A stretch of 64,000 nt of DNA, taken from Lingula anatina (Eukaryota > Animalia > Brachiopoda). Made by a program: the position numbers and the translations under genes. The notes beneath the pieces are model-generated. The model searched no databases. It was given only the letters and a program-made list of their open reading frames with translations, and was not told the DNA's origin. The stretch is taken from positions 4,774,001 through 4,838,000 of the forward strand of contig CM120643.1 of the NCBI GenBank assembly GCA_051362555.1. The letters are read 5' to 3'. Below, piece by piece: positions 41,126 to 52,681 of this stretch (its first letter is position 1; every line of letters begins with the position of its first letter).

Positions 41126-43860
41126 TTACTCTTTGACTGCAGATCATAGACCACCACACTATAAGTGGCGGTAGTGTGCTCCTGAAAGGCCACCCCCAGT
41201 TTGCCTTTCATCACACACATGTGTATTGGGGTCTGAGCACAGTAGAAGGACATCAGGGGAGCAAGAGCTTCCTGAGCATAGGGGAACAACCGCCACACTT
41301 TAATGATGTTGTCTGGAAAAAAAATAGAACATGTTTGATACAGATTTTATTCAAAATTCAGAACTTGCAAAGAAATTCAATAAGGCTATATGACAAAAAG
41401 TTATATCCAAACACTGTTGCTGTTCATTGTAATGGTTGGAAGATGGTAAAATTGTGTTAGTTGAGTAGCAAATCTTGTAAGATTGTGTTGGTTGTGCCTC
41501 ACCATTCCCTGCTGATATGAGCTGGTCCTGCTTGGAATTAGCAATCATGTTCAGTACTCCTCTGCTGCCATGAGCCTGTGCAAGGAATTACAAATACTAC
41601 AGATTACTTAACTATTACAATGACTGCTTCTTATCTTTTCTTTCATCCCTGTGCTCAGGTGGGAAACCATCAAGCATTCAAGGTTTTGCAACCAGTTTAT
41701 TTTAAAGAATAAAGGATAATTTTTACATAACTAGTGTACAGCTATCTGGATCTGTTCACCCTGAGCGGCAGAAGTCATGGGGGATTCATGCTGATAAAAG
41801 AGGAGAGTTTGCCGTGACCACTGAACCTCTAAGTGGGGATGTCATGCAACAGATTGATTATCTTTTAAAAGTTTTTTAAATGATAAATGATAAACTTAAC
41901 CATTTAACAATGGACTTAGTCACAGGCCCAGTAAAGGGAATAAATATCAGATCTCTAGCAAAAGTTGTACCTCTATTTCAAAGTCTACGGCCCCTGTGTC
42001 CCAATTAAAGACACAAATGAAGCCATCCTTCCTGCCCCCCAGGAGTAGTGTCTTGTCCGTGTTCTTGGTCTCCTGGTTTGTGATGGAGTGAAGGTGCTGT
42101 GTAGTGATGGACTTGAGCATTCCCAGCCAGGAGTCCCCTCCCTCCAGAACTGAGTCCACCACGTATTCATACACTAGCAGGTAGTTACAAGCTTCTGTGA
42201 AAACAATTAATAAGATTCTATAACAAGCAAACAAAGAAATAAATGAATTTTAAAAATTAGCCAAGGAGTCAATGAACTGTCTTGTATCATAACACTTGGG
42301 TATTAACCGATTACAGTGACGTCATATTTGCTCCGTAACACTAGTCCCGCGGCCATGCTGGAGGGAATGAACGACGGGGAATAGTAGCGTAAATATAGGT
42401 AAACCAAATAAAATAAAGTAAACTTCATATCACGATCAAGGACACCAAAGGGAAAAGGATATATACAAGCTGAGGCTTCAGCTGATCAGCGGGATCGACC
42501 GATATGAACTCAAGACAGTCTAAAAACGTGAAATCCTACTAAATGCTACTTACCCAACATCGTGTTGTCAGAAGATAGTTCAGTTATCTTGTACTTCATT
42601 TTTCTTGTTCATTGGGTAATAACAGTTATAGTTTGAGAGAGTTTAATGTGTAATCATAAGTTTAACCATAAATAGAAGCAACTGTTTTCATAAAGGATAG
42701 ATATAAAAAATTTGAGCTGATCATTAGGATAAACCCTTGTGGATTCAAGGAAGAATGTATGATTGTCTTATGACATGAAATATTGCTGTTAGTTATGACT
42801 TATCTTTACATCGTGAAGCTGTCAGAAATTATTTCAGCATTCTTGTACTTCATATTGGTTCATTAGAAAGTACATGTAACAAGACTGTTGTTCATTCATA
42901 TAAGCAGCATTGTTAGCATTTTATTATTAGTTCAGTCATTCACAGAAGCATTTGTTAGGCACTACAAATATCCTCAAACCTCAGTTTAAGTGGGACTTAG
43001 AGAATGGGAATTTGCCATGGGACTGTACACTTGATATCAATGGAGCAATAGAAACTATGTCAATGATGAAAAAGACGTGTCCTTTGTATCAAAATAAAGC
43101 TGGTGAGTTGTGTTGTAAATAAGTTTTCAAAATACATCTACTGCCATAAAAAGTATTGTATCAAACTGATTTTATAAAATTTTATATACCATTTGCATTG
43201 AGAATATTTTGCTAGGTATTCAGTGAACAAAATTCATGTATTTTAAATTTACTTTAAAACTACAATATCAGGTATTTGTTGTTCTCTTTTTTTAATGTAA
43301 AGCCTAACTAAATTGGGGATTTTCAGATGCTATTGTTTATACAGTACAGAAGTAAAGTATGCAGAACATTTGCTCTATACGATCATCAACTTTTAAAATT
43401 ATTTCAACATTCTTGTACTTCATTTTGGTTCATTAGAAAGTACATGTAACGAGACTGTTGTTTGAGAGACTTTTATATTCACCATGAATGCAACCATTCA
43501 TATAAGCAACATTGTTAGGATTTTATTATTATTCAGTCATTCACAGAAGCAAGGCATTTTTCACAATCATGTATTTATGATGTCCAATGTAAAATAATAA
43601 TTCAGTTCATGAATTGATTTCTGCAACCATTTGCTTTAACATATAGGAAAAGTGCACATTTTGTATGAATAAAAGTGAACATGAAATGCTGAGTTCTGAG
43701 TGTCGCTTCAATTAAATAACTCCTGTCATGCACTGGATTTCACTCTCCTGATGTTCAGATCCTGTCTCCTCAGCTGGTCACAGAGATCTAGGAATATTTT
43801 TGCTGTTTCTACCTTGTGTGTCATCTAGCTGCCTTTTGTACCTGTCATCAAAAGCTTCGG

Positions 43861-43899
<39 letters not shown>

Positions 43900-46800
43900 A
43901 TTTACTTGCACCCAATCAGTGTGGCTTGGTGGGAAATGCCTGATCAATTTCCTACATGAAAATCTTAATTAATAGAAAGATAACAATAGTGATTTTTATT
44001 CATATTATAACTTACAACATGACAGTTGAAAGGAGCAGAATTTAACATTTTTACAGAGGAAAGTGCAAAATTATTTCATGAGGTTATTAAAGTTATATGT
44101 CAATTACACCTGAGGTAGAATTTACTTGCAAAATAAAATTACTCTTATCACTACACCAAATCGAAAATTAAGCCACTAACTTCCAAATACACTTCATACA
44201 GGTAATTGATTTAATTGGCCCAGCTCAGCTGTGTACAGTACAAATATAGCCTTGACACTAATTGGGAATAATGCTAACCAGGTATAAAAGAGGTAGGTGA
44301 CAGCCGATAAAATCTAGAGAGCACCGTAACTGATAACAAATTACACCCAAGGCAATAGGTGAGTCTTCATTATAAAAGTCGAAACCCTGCTTGGTATTTC
44401 CACACGTTTTAACAAATTAACACACTCTCCATCCACACTTTTTGGGCACTACTTTAAATATATACGTGCGCCCCAAGCGTACACACCTAGGTCTTTGGTG
44501 TTCTACAGTTTTTTCTTTTATGGTAAATCTGCACAGTTGGCTCTTCATTCTTTGCTACAAAATAAATTAGTTTTATCCTTTACTTTTCCGAAGAGTCTTG
44601 ATTCAAAGCCACCTCGCCGTCTCTCCTCCGTTTATGGTTTTACCATGGATTTTTACCTTCACCATGGATTTTTACCACTGCAGGCAGTCTGTGAACGCTT
44701 GTAAAGTAAGTTACCTTCTCTCGATCAAATACCCTGCAGTAATTCATCATTTTGCTTGGTTAAATATGAAAAAAATACAGAAAACGAAAACTGAACTACA
44801 GACATGGCTTGTTCATGCGCAGCAGACGATTCCGGTCTCCCTCCAGTATGGCTGCCGTTTGTTTTGATGACGCAGGCTCTAATGGGTCAATTACATGTAA
44901 GTGTACTACAAATCCATTTTCATATTATACTAATAGATGATTTAAGACCTCTGGAAAAATAACCCTTAAACATGAATATAATCAAAATGGTGTGTATGTC
45001 ATAGAAGGGCAATGTACACTTGTAAAGAATTAAGTACACTTCTGCTCAGGCCACAGGACCAGGGTCACCTAGTTACAGTCCACACACTGACCACAGGACC
45101 AGTGTCACCTAGTTACAGTCCACACACTGACCACAGGACCAGGGTAACCTAGTTACAGTCTACACACTGACCACAGGACCAGTGTCACCTAGTTATAGTC
45201 CACACACTGACTACAGGACCCAGGGTCACCTAGTTATAGTCCACACACTGACTACAGGACCAGGGTCATTAGTTATAGTCCACACACTGACCACAGGACC
45301 AAAGGACACAAACACTTTCCATTGAAAACATTAACATTAAGTTTTTTAAAAAAAAGTAACACAGAGGAAAATTAAGGCACCAAAGAAAATTCTATCAATG
45401 AAAACATTCTAACTACTTACTTGAGGGGTCCTTACATTCCCACTCCATCCTGACTGTGATGGGGTTGGTGGTGGTATCACACTTCAGAATGTCTCCATTG
45501 TCAAATACTGCAAACAAGGCATCTGTGGGGAAACAAGCAAAAATCAGTTGGTTTCAGCTTTGTATAAGGGTATTTTACACTAAAATTTTGAGAACATATG
45601 TGAAGAATTTTAATTTTTATGTGCAGAGTCAACTGAAAATAAAAGTCTTTTTGAAATTTTATCATCTGAGAACTAAAGGGTTAAAGTATTGCATTCACAT
45701 GCAGATAATCACCTTGATTTTTGTCTAGCCAAGAAAAAATATTTGAAAACTAATTTTTCAAGATATATCAACAAAATATCTTTTTCAACAATTTCTCATG
45801 TAAAATGCTCGCACACTTTGGGTTACTCAATCATTACTAAATGTTCTTTGGCATATTCAAAACCCAAAGAAAGAAGAAACCAACAGTCTCACCTTCTGCT
45901 GAAGCATAGGCAGCATCCACCATTCCACGCTTAGGGTTCATCAGCAATGTGGTGATGACATCCCCTGTAGAGGGAGCCACTATGCGCACACTGGAGTCCT
46001 TACATAGTAGAGTGGCTCTGATTGGCTGGTTGGGATGATCTGTGGGTTTGATGTGCTGGACACGAAACCTGGGTAATACAAATAAATTCCAGATATTATT
46101 AACTTAAAAGAAATTATAATGAAACTAGAAAAGCACTCAGAGAGCACAGACCTCTGCCAAGGAAACTGAATTTTCATTATTATTAATATATAAAATCTTC
46201 TCAACAGCTTACATGTATTTATTTCTGATGGAAACTTTGCATGTAATTATCTTTTCTATCCAATGCGGCAAGTGAATGTGTGCGTGATGTGAACCATAAA
46301 AATAGGTCAAGACATAATTAAAACAAATTGCATAGCTTCAACACAGGGTGCCTGCCCCTGGATGTGAGATGTAACTTGTGCAGCTTTGACACATGGTGGT
46401 GGTATGTAATGTGTAACACAGTAGGTCAGGTCACAGCTTGCCACATGTACCATTAAAATAGGTCAAGTTGTTATCATTATGACTTGTTTTCTAATAGCTT
46501 CAATGCAGAGTGTGTGTTTCCATTTCAATGGTTATCTGTCTCACCTTCAAAAACTAATCATTTGTTCTTTGGCCCATTTGTGGCCTATCATGAAAATTCC
46601 ATCAAAATCCATCCATGATTTATTGCATAATGTTGAAAGCAGACAAACAAACTAACTGAACCAAACACATAACCTCCTTGAAGGAGGTAAAATGTAAAGT
46701 ATTATCAACCCCTTATGGCACAGAGTGTCTCAATCTATTTGATTTTAATATTGCATGAGATGACATTAAGGGTCATAAAAAAACTCCATTTGTATCAAAT

Positions 46801-49800
46801 GATACATGTCATGTAAAGAAAGGTGTACTCTTCTCATATACAATAAAAAAAGATTTTTATACTAATCAGAAGGCTAAAAGAGCCCAGAAAAGATGGGTAT
46901 AAAATGTGTATTGTAAATGAAGGCCTAACAGGTAGCTCTGATCTGTATACCCTGAAACAGGATCTTCAAGTGGATTCAGAAAATGCAAAAGACTGGTTTA
47001 CATCAAATGAAATGGAAGCAAATCCAGAGAAGTTTCAAGCCAATGTAATTGGAAAAAAGCAGGAAGAAGTATCTGAGGAATTCATTTTTGATGGCAAATC
47101 CATTAGGTCAGAGTCAAGTGTCAAGCTACCAGGAGTATATTTTGACTTACGGCTCACCCTTGATAAGCATATATCTGAACTTTGCAAGAAAAGTGCCTGC
47201 CAGTTAAATGTATTAAGAAGACTGCCATCATATCTGGACGCTCCAAGTAAACTCTGCATCAAATTTTAATCACTGCCCACTCGTGTGGCATTTCTGCGGG
47301 GAAGCCAATACAAAAAAACAAAACAAACAAAAAAAAAAAAAAAAAAAAAACTAGAAAAAAATCCAGGAAAGGGGCCTTCATTTTGTATACAACGACTATG
47401 CTAGTTCTTATGATGATCTACTAAATTTGAGGATTAAGTACTCTTCACATTAGTAGGCTAAGGATATTGGCTACAGAAATATATAAAGTTGTAAATGGCC
47501 TTGCACCTCCTGCAGTGTCAGAACTCTTTCAGAGGAGAGAAACAATCTATGATCTTAGAGAGAATGATGTTCTAAACATACCCAGGTTTAGCACTATGCC
47601 ATATGGAAAAAATCAATATCCTACTTAGGGCCAAAAATTTGGAATGATCTACCAAATGAAATCAAACAATGTGTTAGTCTGAATGAAGTGAAAACAATGC
47701 TTTAAAAATGGGAAGGACCTAAGTGCAAGTGTTATCTCTGCAACGTATATGGATAATGATAAATTTAAACTGAAATGATGATGTCTCAATGTAAACTTAA
47801 TTAATTAATTAATTAATTAATTAATTACCAGCTACATGTATCATACTATGTCAGCTGCTAGGCCTTATTTTCCTGTTGTAATTTCAATCAATAGAAGTAG
47901 TTAGAAATAGTAGTAGTAAACATTGTATCATTATCTAACTTATTCTGTCGGTAAATAGCTACTCAGCTAATGTTTGTACTTTCATTCTTTCCGACATGAA
48001 ATAAACTTTATTGTATTGTATTGTATTGTATTGTATTGTATTGTATTGTATTGTATTGTATTGTACCCCACAGAAGTGTGCAGTGCATGCACATGCTGTA
48101 TGTTCCAGAGGTCAACCTCTGTCATGGAGTAGCTGAAGAAGTCATTCTCATAGATAAGAGTACCCATTCCTGTCACTGGCTGCTTGGTCTCTATTCTGTA
48201 AAATCAAATATATTACATTGTGCAATATCAAATAAGACTGAAAAATGAAACTTTCAGGAAAGCAGGCATGAGACCTGTCCTCACTGAAAAAGCAGGATTT
48301 ACACAATTCATGGGACTTACACAATTCACAAGAATGACCCAAATGACCCTGAAAAAATCGGAAATCCAACAAAAGTTGGAAAAATCTCATCAGTGAAAAA
48401 GGGATATAAAATATAACTTTAGACCTACATTTATCTTACACTTTAAAGTACAGGAAATTCCACCATGAAAATAGACAAAGTCAATCTTACAAAATTGAAA
48501 AATAGAAGAAGAAAAAGGGGAAAATGCACAGGACATGCCAACTTACCTGTCAACTTCATCACATGTCTCTAGGCTCCAAACTCGAATGCTACAGTCATGG
48601 CTGGCTGACATGATAAAAGGCCCAAACGGATAGACACTCAGACATGACACCTGCTTATTATGTCCTACAAACACCAGCTGGAGGTGCCAAGTTTCATCCC
48701 AAACCTTGACTGGAACACAGAAATGTCAGTGTCAGATACAGAGTTAACCATTTTAATTTATTTATGTTTGATTCATCATCAAACATGTTAATCTTAATTC
48801 TTTAAATATGCTTATTTTAGTTTAATCTAATAGAAAATTTCATCTGATAAAATGACTACAAAATAATCAATATCCAAATCAAAAGTATACTGTTAACTTA
48901 CATATTATTATCATTATTATCATTTTATTCATTGGAATGATATGAGATAAAGATCTTCACACAATTTTTAATCATTATTTAACACAGCTGACACTGAATG
49001 AGTCTGGTCACCTGGAGGATTAAAAATACAGACATAAATATGAGACACTTCTCAGATAAACTGTCACACACAAGAGTCCAGTACTTACTTGAGCCATCTT
49101 TGGCCCCAGTGACCAGGTATTTGAGTGGGTTAAAGAAGCACAGAGAGGTGATCTGGCGGTCATGGAGGTCCTTCTGACAGTCCAGTAACTTGCCCTCAAA
49201 CAGGTTAAATATCTGCAAGGCAACACAAAGATGATTATTACTAATGGAAAAAAGACTTTATAATCAAATACAGGACATTTCACATAACTCACCACCTGAT
49301 AACAGATTTTGTGGAATGGATTTTTGTTGAGCAATTAAAGATGGAATTATGAACAAATCTTCGAATAACTAGGACAGATTTTCAGGTCATGGTGCTAACA
49401 TGATGTGCATTAATTATAGAGAGTCTATTGTATTTCAAGCACATACAGTTCATTACATTTAATTGGCAATACCTAAATGAGATAATTTGTATGTTCTGAA
49501 TGTAAATAAAAGATTCATATTAAAAATATATGAGAGCTTAAATCTGTGGCTAATTTTTGTATCATAACACAAAGAAAAATACAAAAAGAAGTGTTCAGTG
49601 GAGAGGCTGTACTTACTGCAACACCTGTGCCAGTTGCAGCAAAACATTTCTGTGACCTGCTAGGTGTCTCTTCCAAGACCAAGATGGAGAAATGTTCATT
49701 AGCCATCTTCTCGGCTTTGGCTGTCTTCCTGGGGATCAGATGTCTGTTGCCATAACGAAACACCCAAGACTGGAGTTGTAAGAATTAGATTAAAATTTCA

Positions 49801-52681
49801 GTCCATTACTAATCTGAGAATAGGTTTTGTAAAAATATAGGATTCATTATTTTCATTTATTTATTTATTTATTTATTTTTTTGTGGGAAGAGATTTAACA
49901 AATTCATTCAATCAGCACATTCTGTCAGAATTAATTATGTGGTGAATATCACTTAATGTACAAATGCTCTGGAGTCAACTTTTTTAAAATCATCATGTGA
50001 AAATCTGTGCATATTCTGGATCATCAAAAATATAATAAATTTTCCTACTATGAAATATGAACGAATAAAGACATTGGTAAAGTGTACTTACAGTTATACA
50101 GCCAATTTCTCCACTGACCACTTCGTTGGTGTTTTCATTGTACACAAGATTGACCACATCTGTAAAAGCCTTGTTTACAGACAGTACCTCAAAGTCACTG
50201 CCCATCAACTAGAGTAAGAAGAATTAAAACAGTTAACTTTGTCATTTCCACATAAATTAACTGCCTGAAATGCAACCATTACAAAAAGTCAGTATTTGAA
50301 AATGATACCTCTTTTGGCTGATCCTTTTTTTAAATTACAAATCTGGAAACTTACCACCAAATGTTTATCACCATAGGTCCATCCTACGTACTGATCTATC
50401 TGGGAGGCATAACACAACTTGGTGATAGCTTCCTCTGGCTCCACCACATCTTTCTTCCTCCCATCACCTTTAAATATGCGTATCAGGTTTCCCTCCACAG
50501 TAAGATACTCCTTCAAAATAAAAAAAAGATTCACATCCAATTAGACCACCCAAGCATAAATATGTAGCAATATACATAATTAAAAAGTCACAAACTTTAA
50601 TAAAACTATACATTTCAGTGGTATTTTAAAAATAACAAGGCAGTAAAGCTGTCAAATGTACAGACAAAAAGCAGGAAATAACTATGCACAAAATAGGCTA
50701 CTGTCAATTCTGATGCAAAAGTACATTATGTTAAACTGCAAATTCAACATCAAATTTTAATTATGCTCAACAGGTAATACCAATGTAAGTAAAACATGTA
50801 ACAAGCTTCAGGCCCATGGGAGTTCAAGTTCACACTTTGAAAATGTATAACTTCCAGAAAAAGAAGCCAATTAGACTACTTTTCCAACCCAGGCTGCATT
50901 TTAGTCCTGCATTTCTTTTTTGAACATTTGGCAATCATATGTCACATGGTTTTCCCATAATGGTCATCATGGCAGCATCACCCATAATTGTTTTCTTCTA
51001 TTCTGATGCAATATTACATATTGGTTAACAGCATAATGACCGTCAATTTTTAATAATAAAATATACGTATCATGGATTTTCAGAAAATGTGACTAGCATG
51101 GGTCTTCAAGCATGTAGAACTTCAAAGTCACACCTTGAAAATGCCAATATGTGAATTATGCTGAAAAGTGAAAAAAAGCATGACTTCTACAATAATGGAC
51201 CGATCATGCTGATTTTCGAACTTGACCTGCATTTTATGAATATTCATCAGCTCTGTAAATATAAAGCCCAAAAGTAAAACTGCCTTCCACTTATCGTGTT
51301 TACAATGAAAGTGCAAGGCGCCGGTGACGGCGCTGACGGCAAAGACAGACGCAGGTGATGGCAATATGTACAGACACATTTTTGACACATCTGTACATAT
51401 TTACTGTACTGTTTGAGAACAGTAAGTGACATGGTTTTTCTTAAATTGTCATCATGGGAGCAGTGCCCAAAATAGGTTTTTTTCAAATTTTGATGCAATA
51501 TTACATAATGTTTAACAGCATAATGACCATCAAATTTTAATAATAAAGTATTAGTATCATGGATATTCAGAAAATGTGACTAGCAAAGGTCTTCAGGCCC
51601 ATGGAACTTCAAAGTCACAACTTGAAAATGCCAAAATGTAAACAAGACAGCACTGTTCTGAAATGTTTTTTTCCCATTTTTAACAATTTTTAACATAAAA
51701 CAAAATTAACAGTTTACTGCCATTTTTATATGATCAACTAAGAAAATTGATGAGATGGGAAAAATATCAATAAAGCAGTGTTAAATGTCCAATTTCTTCC
51801 ATTCTGAGATTCTGAACATAGTGAATGATTGAATCTGACAAACTGCAATGATATGAGTTTATTTCCATTTTTGAAACTTTATTACACAATACATGATAAC
51901 AAGTTTACCATCATTTTTACAAAAGCAACTAACAATGTTGTAAAGATGCAGGAAATGTCAAACAAAAACTTTTACGTATCTTATTAGTTTAATAATGAGA
52001 CTGTTAACATGCCTAAGAATTGAATCTGAGGAAATGTGAAAAATATGCTGAAAAGTGAAAAAACAGCATAACGTCTACAATAATGGCCCGATCATGCTGA
52101 TTTTCGAACTTGACCTGCGTTTTATGAATATTCACCAGCTCTGTAAATATAAAGCCAAAAAGTAAAACTGCCCTCCACTTATTGTGTTTACAAGGAAAGT
52201 GCACGGCATCGGCATCGGCATCGGCATCGGCGACGACAGACGCAGGTGATGGCAATATGTACAGACACATCTGTGTCTGTACATAAAAATGGGACAGATA
52301 TGGACTTAAGAAGTTCAGGCTTGTCTATAATAAATCTGATCATTGATTCTCAAATTAATCCATCCTTATATTAAATCCTTAAATTAATCAATCACTAAAT
52401 CTTATGCTCACCCTCTTGTTTTTATTGAAAACCATGTGGCTGATGACTCCTCTGTGAGCAATCTTCCGACTGTGATGGACTCCATGACTGACCTCTACCT
52501 CCTTGATATCTGCCTTGTTTAGAGCCTCTATGGTAGGTCGAATGGACATTCGCAACATGTGCCATAGGTACTTAGCTTTGCTTTGTCCTGTTTCTTCTTC
52601 CAGTTTCTTGCGTTCCCTTTCTCGTTTCCTACGTCGCAGCACATCCAGTGGATCCTGCGACTCATCAGATTTGACACTCAT
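20598..52681 (-). CDS. WDR97: WD repeat-containing protein 97-like, about 32 coding exons, about 1549 aa
   Basis: Minus-strand exons, GT-AG and phase-consistent, total 4650 nt: 52412-52681, 50355-50510, 50092-50208, 49617-49769, 49089-49212, 48547-48709, 48067-48195, 45893-46068, 45421-45522, 41971-42194, 41503-41575, 41130-41312, 40854-40992, 40343-40449, 39877-40024, 39433-39508, 38898-39050, 38264-38330, 37836-37850, 36828-37059, 36122-36236, 35432-35488, 34838-34861, 34042-34179, 33127-33210, 26052-26315, 25521-25843, 24880-25029, 22005-22146, 21559-21610, 21168-21345, 20598-20913. WD40 repeats include LVTGAKDGSIKVWD, GHNKQVSCL..SASHDCSIRVWS and DHSDSITGVTCCPKLKLFASSSVDGTVRIWN. IKVWRLFPYAQEAL, ATYSVV and GFIPNSV resemble recalled WDR97 segments. 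The small symmetric exons are less certain. Confidence 0.85.
21657..21972. repeat. Minisatellite, 26-bp unit x about 12
   Basis: Unit CCCCACTGATCACCCTG(T/A)GTACCACA. Confidence 0.95.
22743..24496 (-). mobile_element. Diverged HINE family A copy (older subfamily)
   Basis: Same 3' end (CTAGAGGATCAGAGAGGCGATACTGCCTC..TTGTACCACCAGC), diverged AGGTCA-rich repeats, and 5' GCTGGCGGTAC. Confidence 0.8.
26560..28211. repeat. Minisatellite, 55-bp unit x about 30
   Basis: Unit AGCAATGTCATAAGGTGGCCAGATACTGGTGT(A/G)AACCTTACACTGTGCTGTTA(A/G)C, head-to-tail with no spacers and only two variable sites. Confidence 0.97.
30458..32149 (-). mobile_element. HINE family A copy, 5' terminus truncated, about 4 partly deleted repeats
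   Basis: Reverse complement of the 7252-9171 element. Begins CTAGAGGATCAGAGAGGCGATACCGCCTC on +. Lacks the outermost 5' subTIR. Confidence 0.85.
33522..33695. mobile_element. Small hAT-like MITE
   Basis: TIRs CAGGGGCATAGGCTG and (reverse complement) CAGGAACATAGGCTG. Flanks TGCTG and TGCTA. Confidence 0.55.
36545..36610. repeat. (TAA)n/(TAAA)n microsatellite
   Basis: Direct reading. Confidence 0.9.
38569..38689. mobile_element. EnSpm/CMC-like palindromic MITE
   Basis: CCC...GGG termini with an AT duplication. Arms are built of 10-bp TAGGATCCTA subterminal repeats. Confidence 0.7.
41069..41123. repeat. (GA)n microsatellite next to a WDR97-like splice donor
   Basis: Direct reading. The donor (CTTAC on +) is at 41125-41129. 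Confidence 0.95.
42302..44891. mobile_element. Non-autonomous DNA transposon, about 2.6 kb, probably PHIS group (ISL2EU/Pangu-like)
   Basis: Bipartite imperfect TIRs: ATTAACCGATTACAGTGACGTCAT vs reverse complement ATTGACCCATTAGAGCCTGCGTCAT, and GCGGCCATGCTGGAGGGA vs GCAGCCATACTGGAGGGA. AT/ANT-type junctions. Internal duplication about 42827-42950 and 43397-43550. No ORF. Confidence 0.55.
45051..45301. repeat. Minisatellite, 40-bp unit x about 6
   Basis: Unit CCACAGGACCAGGGTCACCTAGTTACAGTCCACACACTGA. Confidence 0.93.
46125..46690 (-). mobile_element. Diverged HINE family C copy
   Basis: CTAGAAAAGCACTCAGAGAGCACAGACCTCTGCCAAGG at the left end and CATAACCTCCTTGAAGGAGGTAA at the right end. The interior differs from the other copies. 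Confidence 0.7.
46935..48065 (+). mobile_element. 5'-truncated, decayed non-LTR retrotransposon (CR1/L2 group): C-terminal part of ORF2, 3' UTR and (ATTGT)n tail
   Basis: Translation DWFTSNEMEANPEKFQ..VKLPGVYFDLRLTLDKHISELCKKSACQLNVLRRL, then across frameshifts CPLVWHFC, LEKIQERGL, EIYKVVNGLAP, LGPKIWNDLP, WEGPKCKCYLC. AATAAA at 47999 is followed by the pentamer tail. Confidence 0.85.
50634..52289 (-). mobile_element. HINE family B, head-to-tail dimer
   Basis: 5' palindrome and (GCCGAT)n-type microsatellite at about 52200-52289, repeated at about 51320-51400. Segment about 51005-51145 duplicates about 51490-51635. 3' subTIR GTCTGTACAT, stem-loop and TTGTT end at 50634-50665 on the minus strand. 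Confidence 0.7.
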
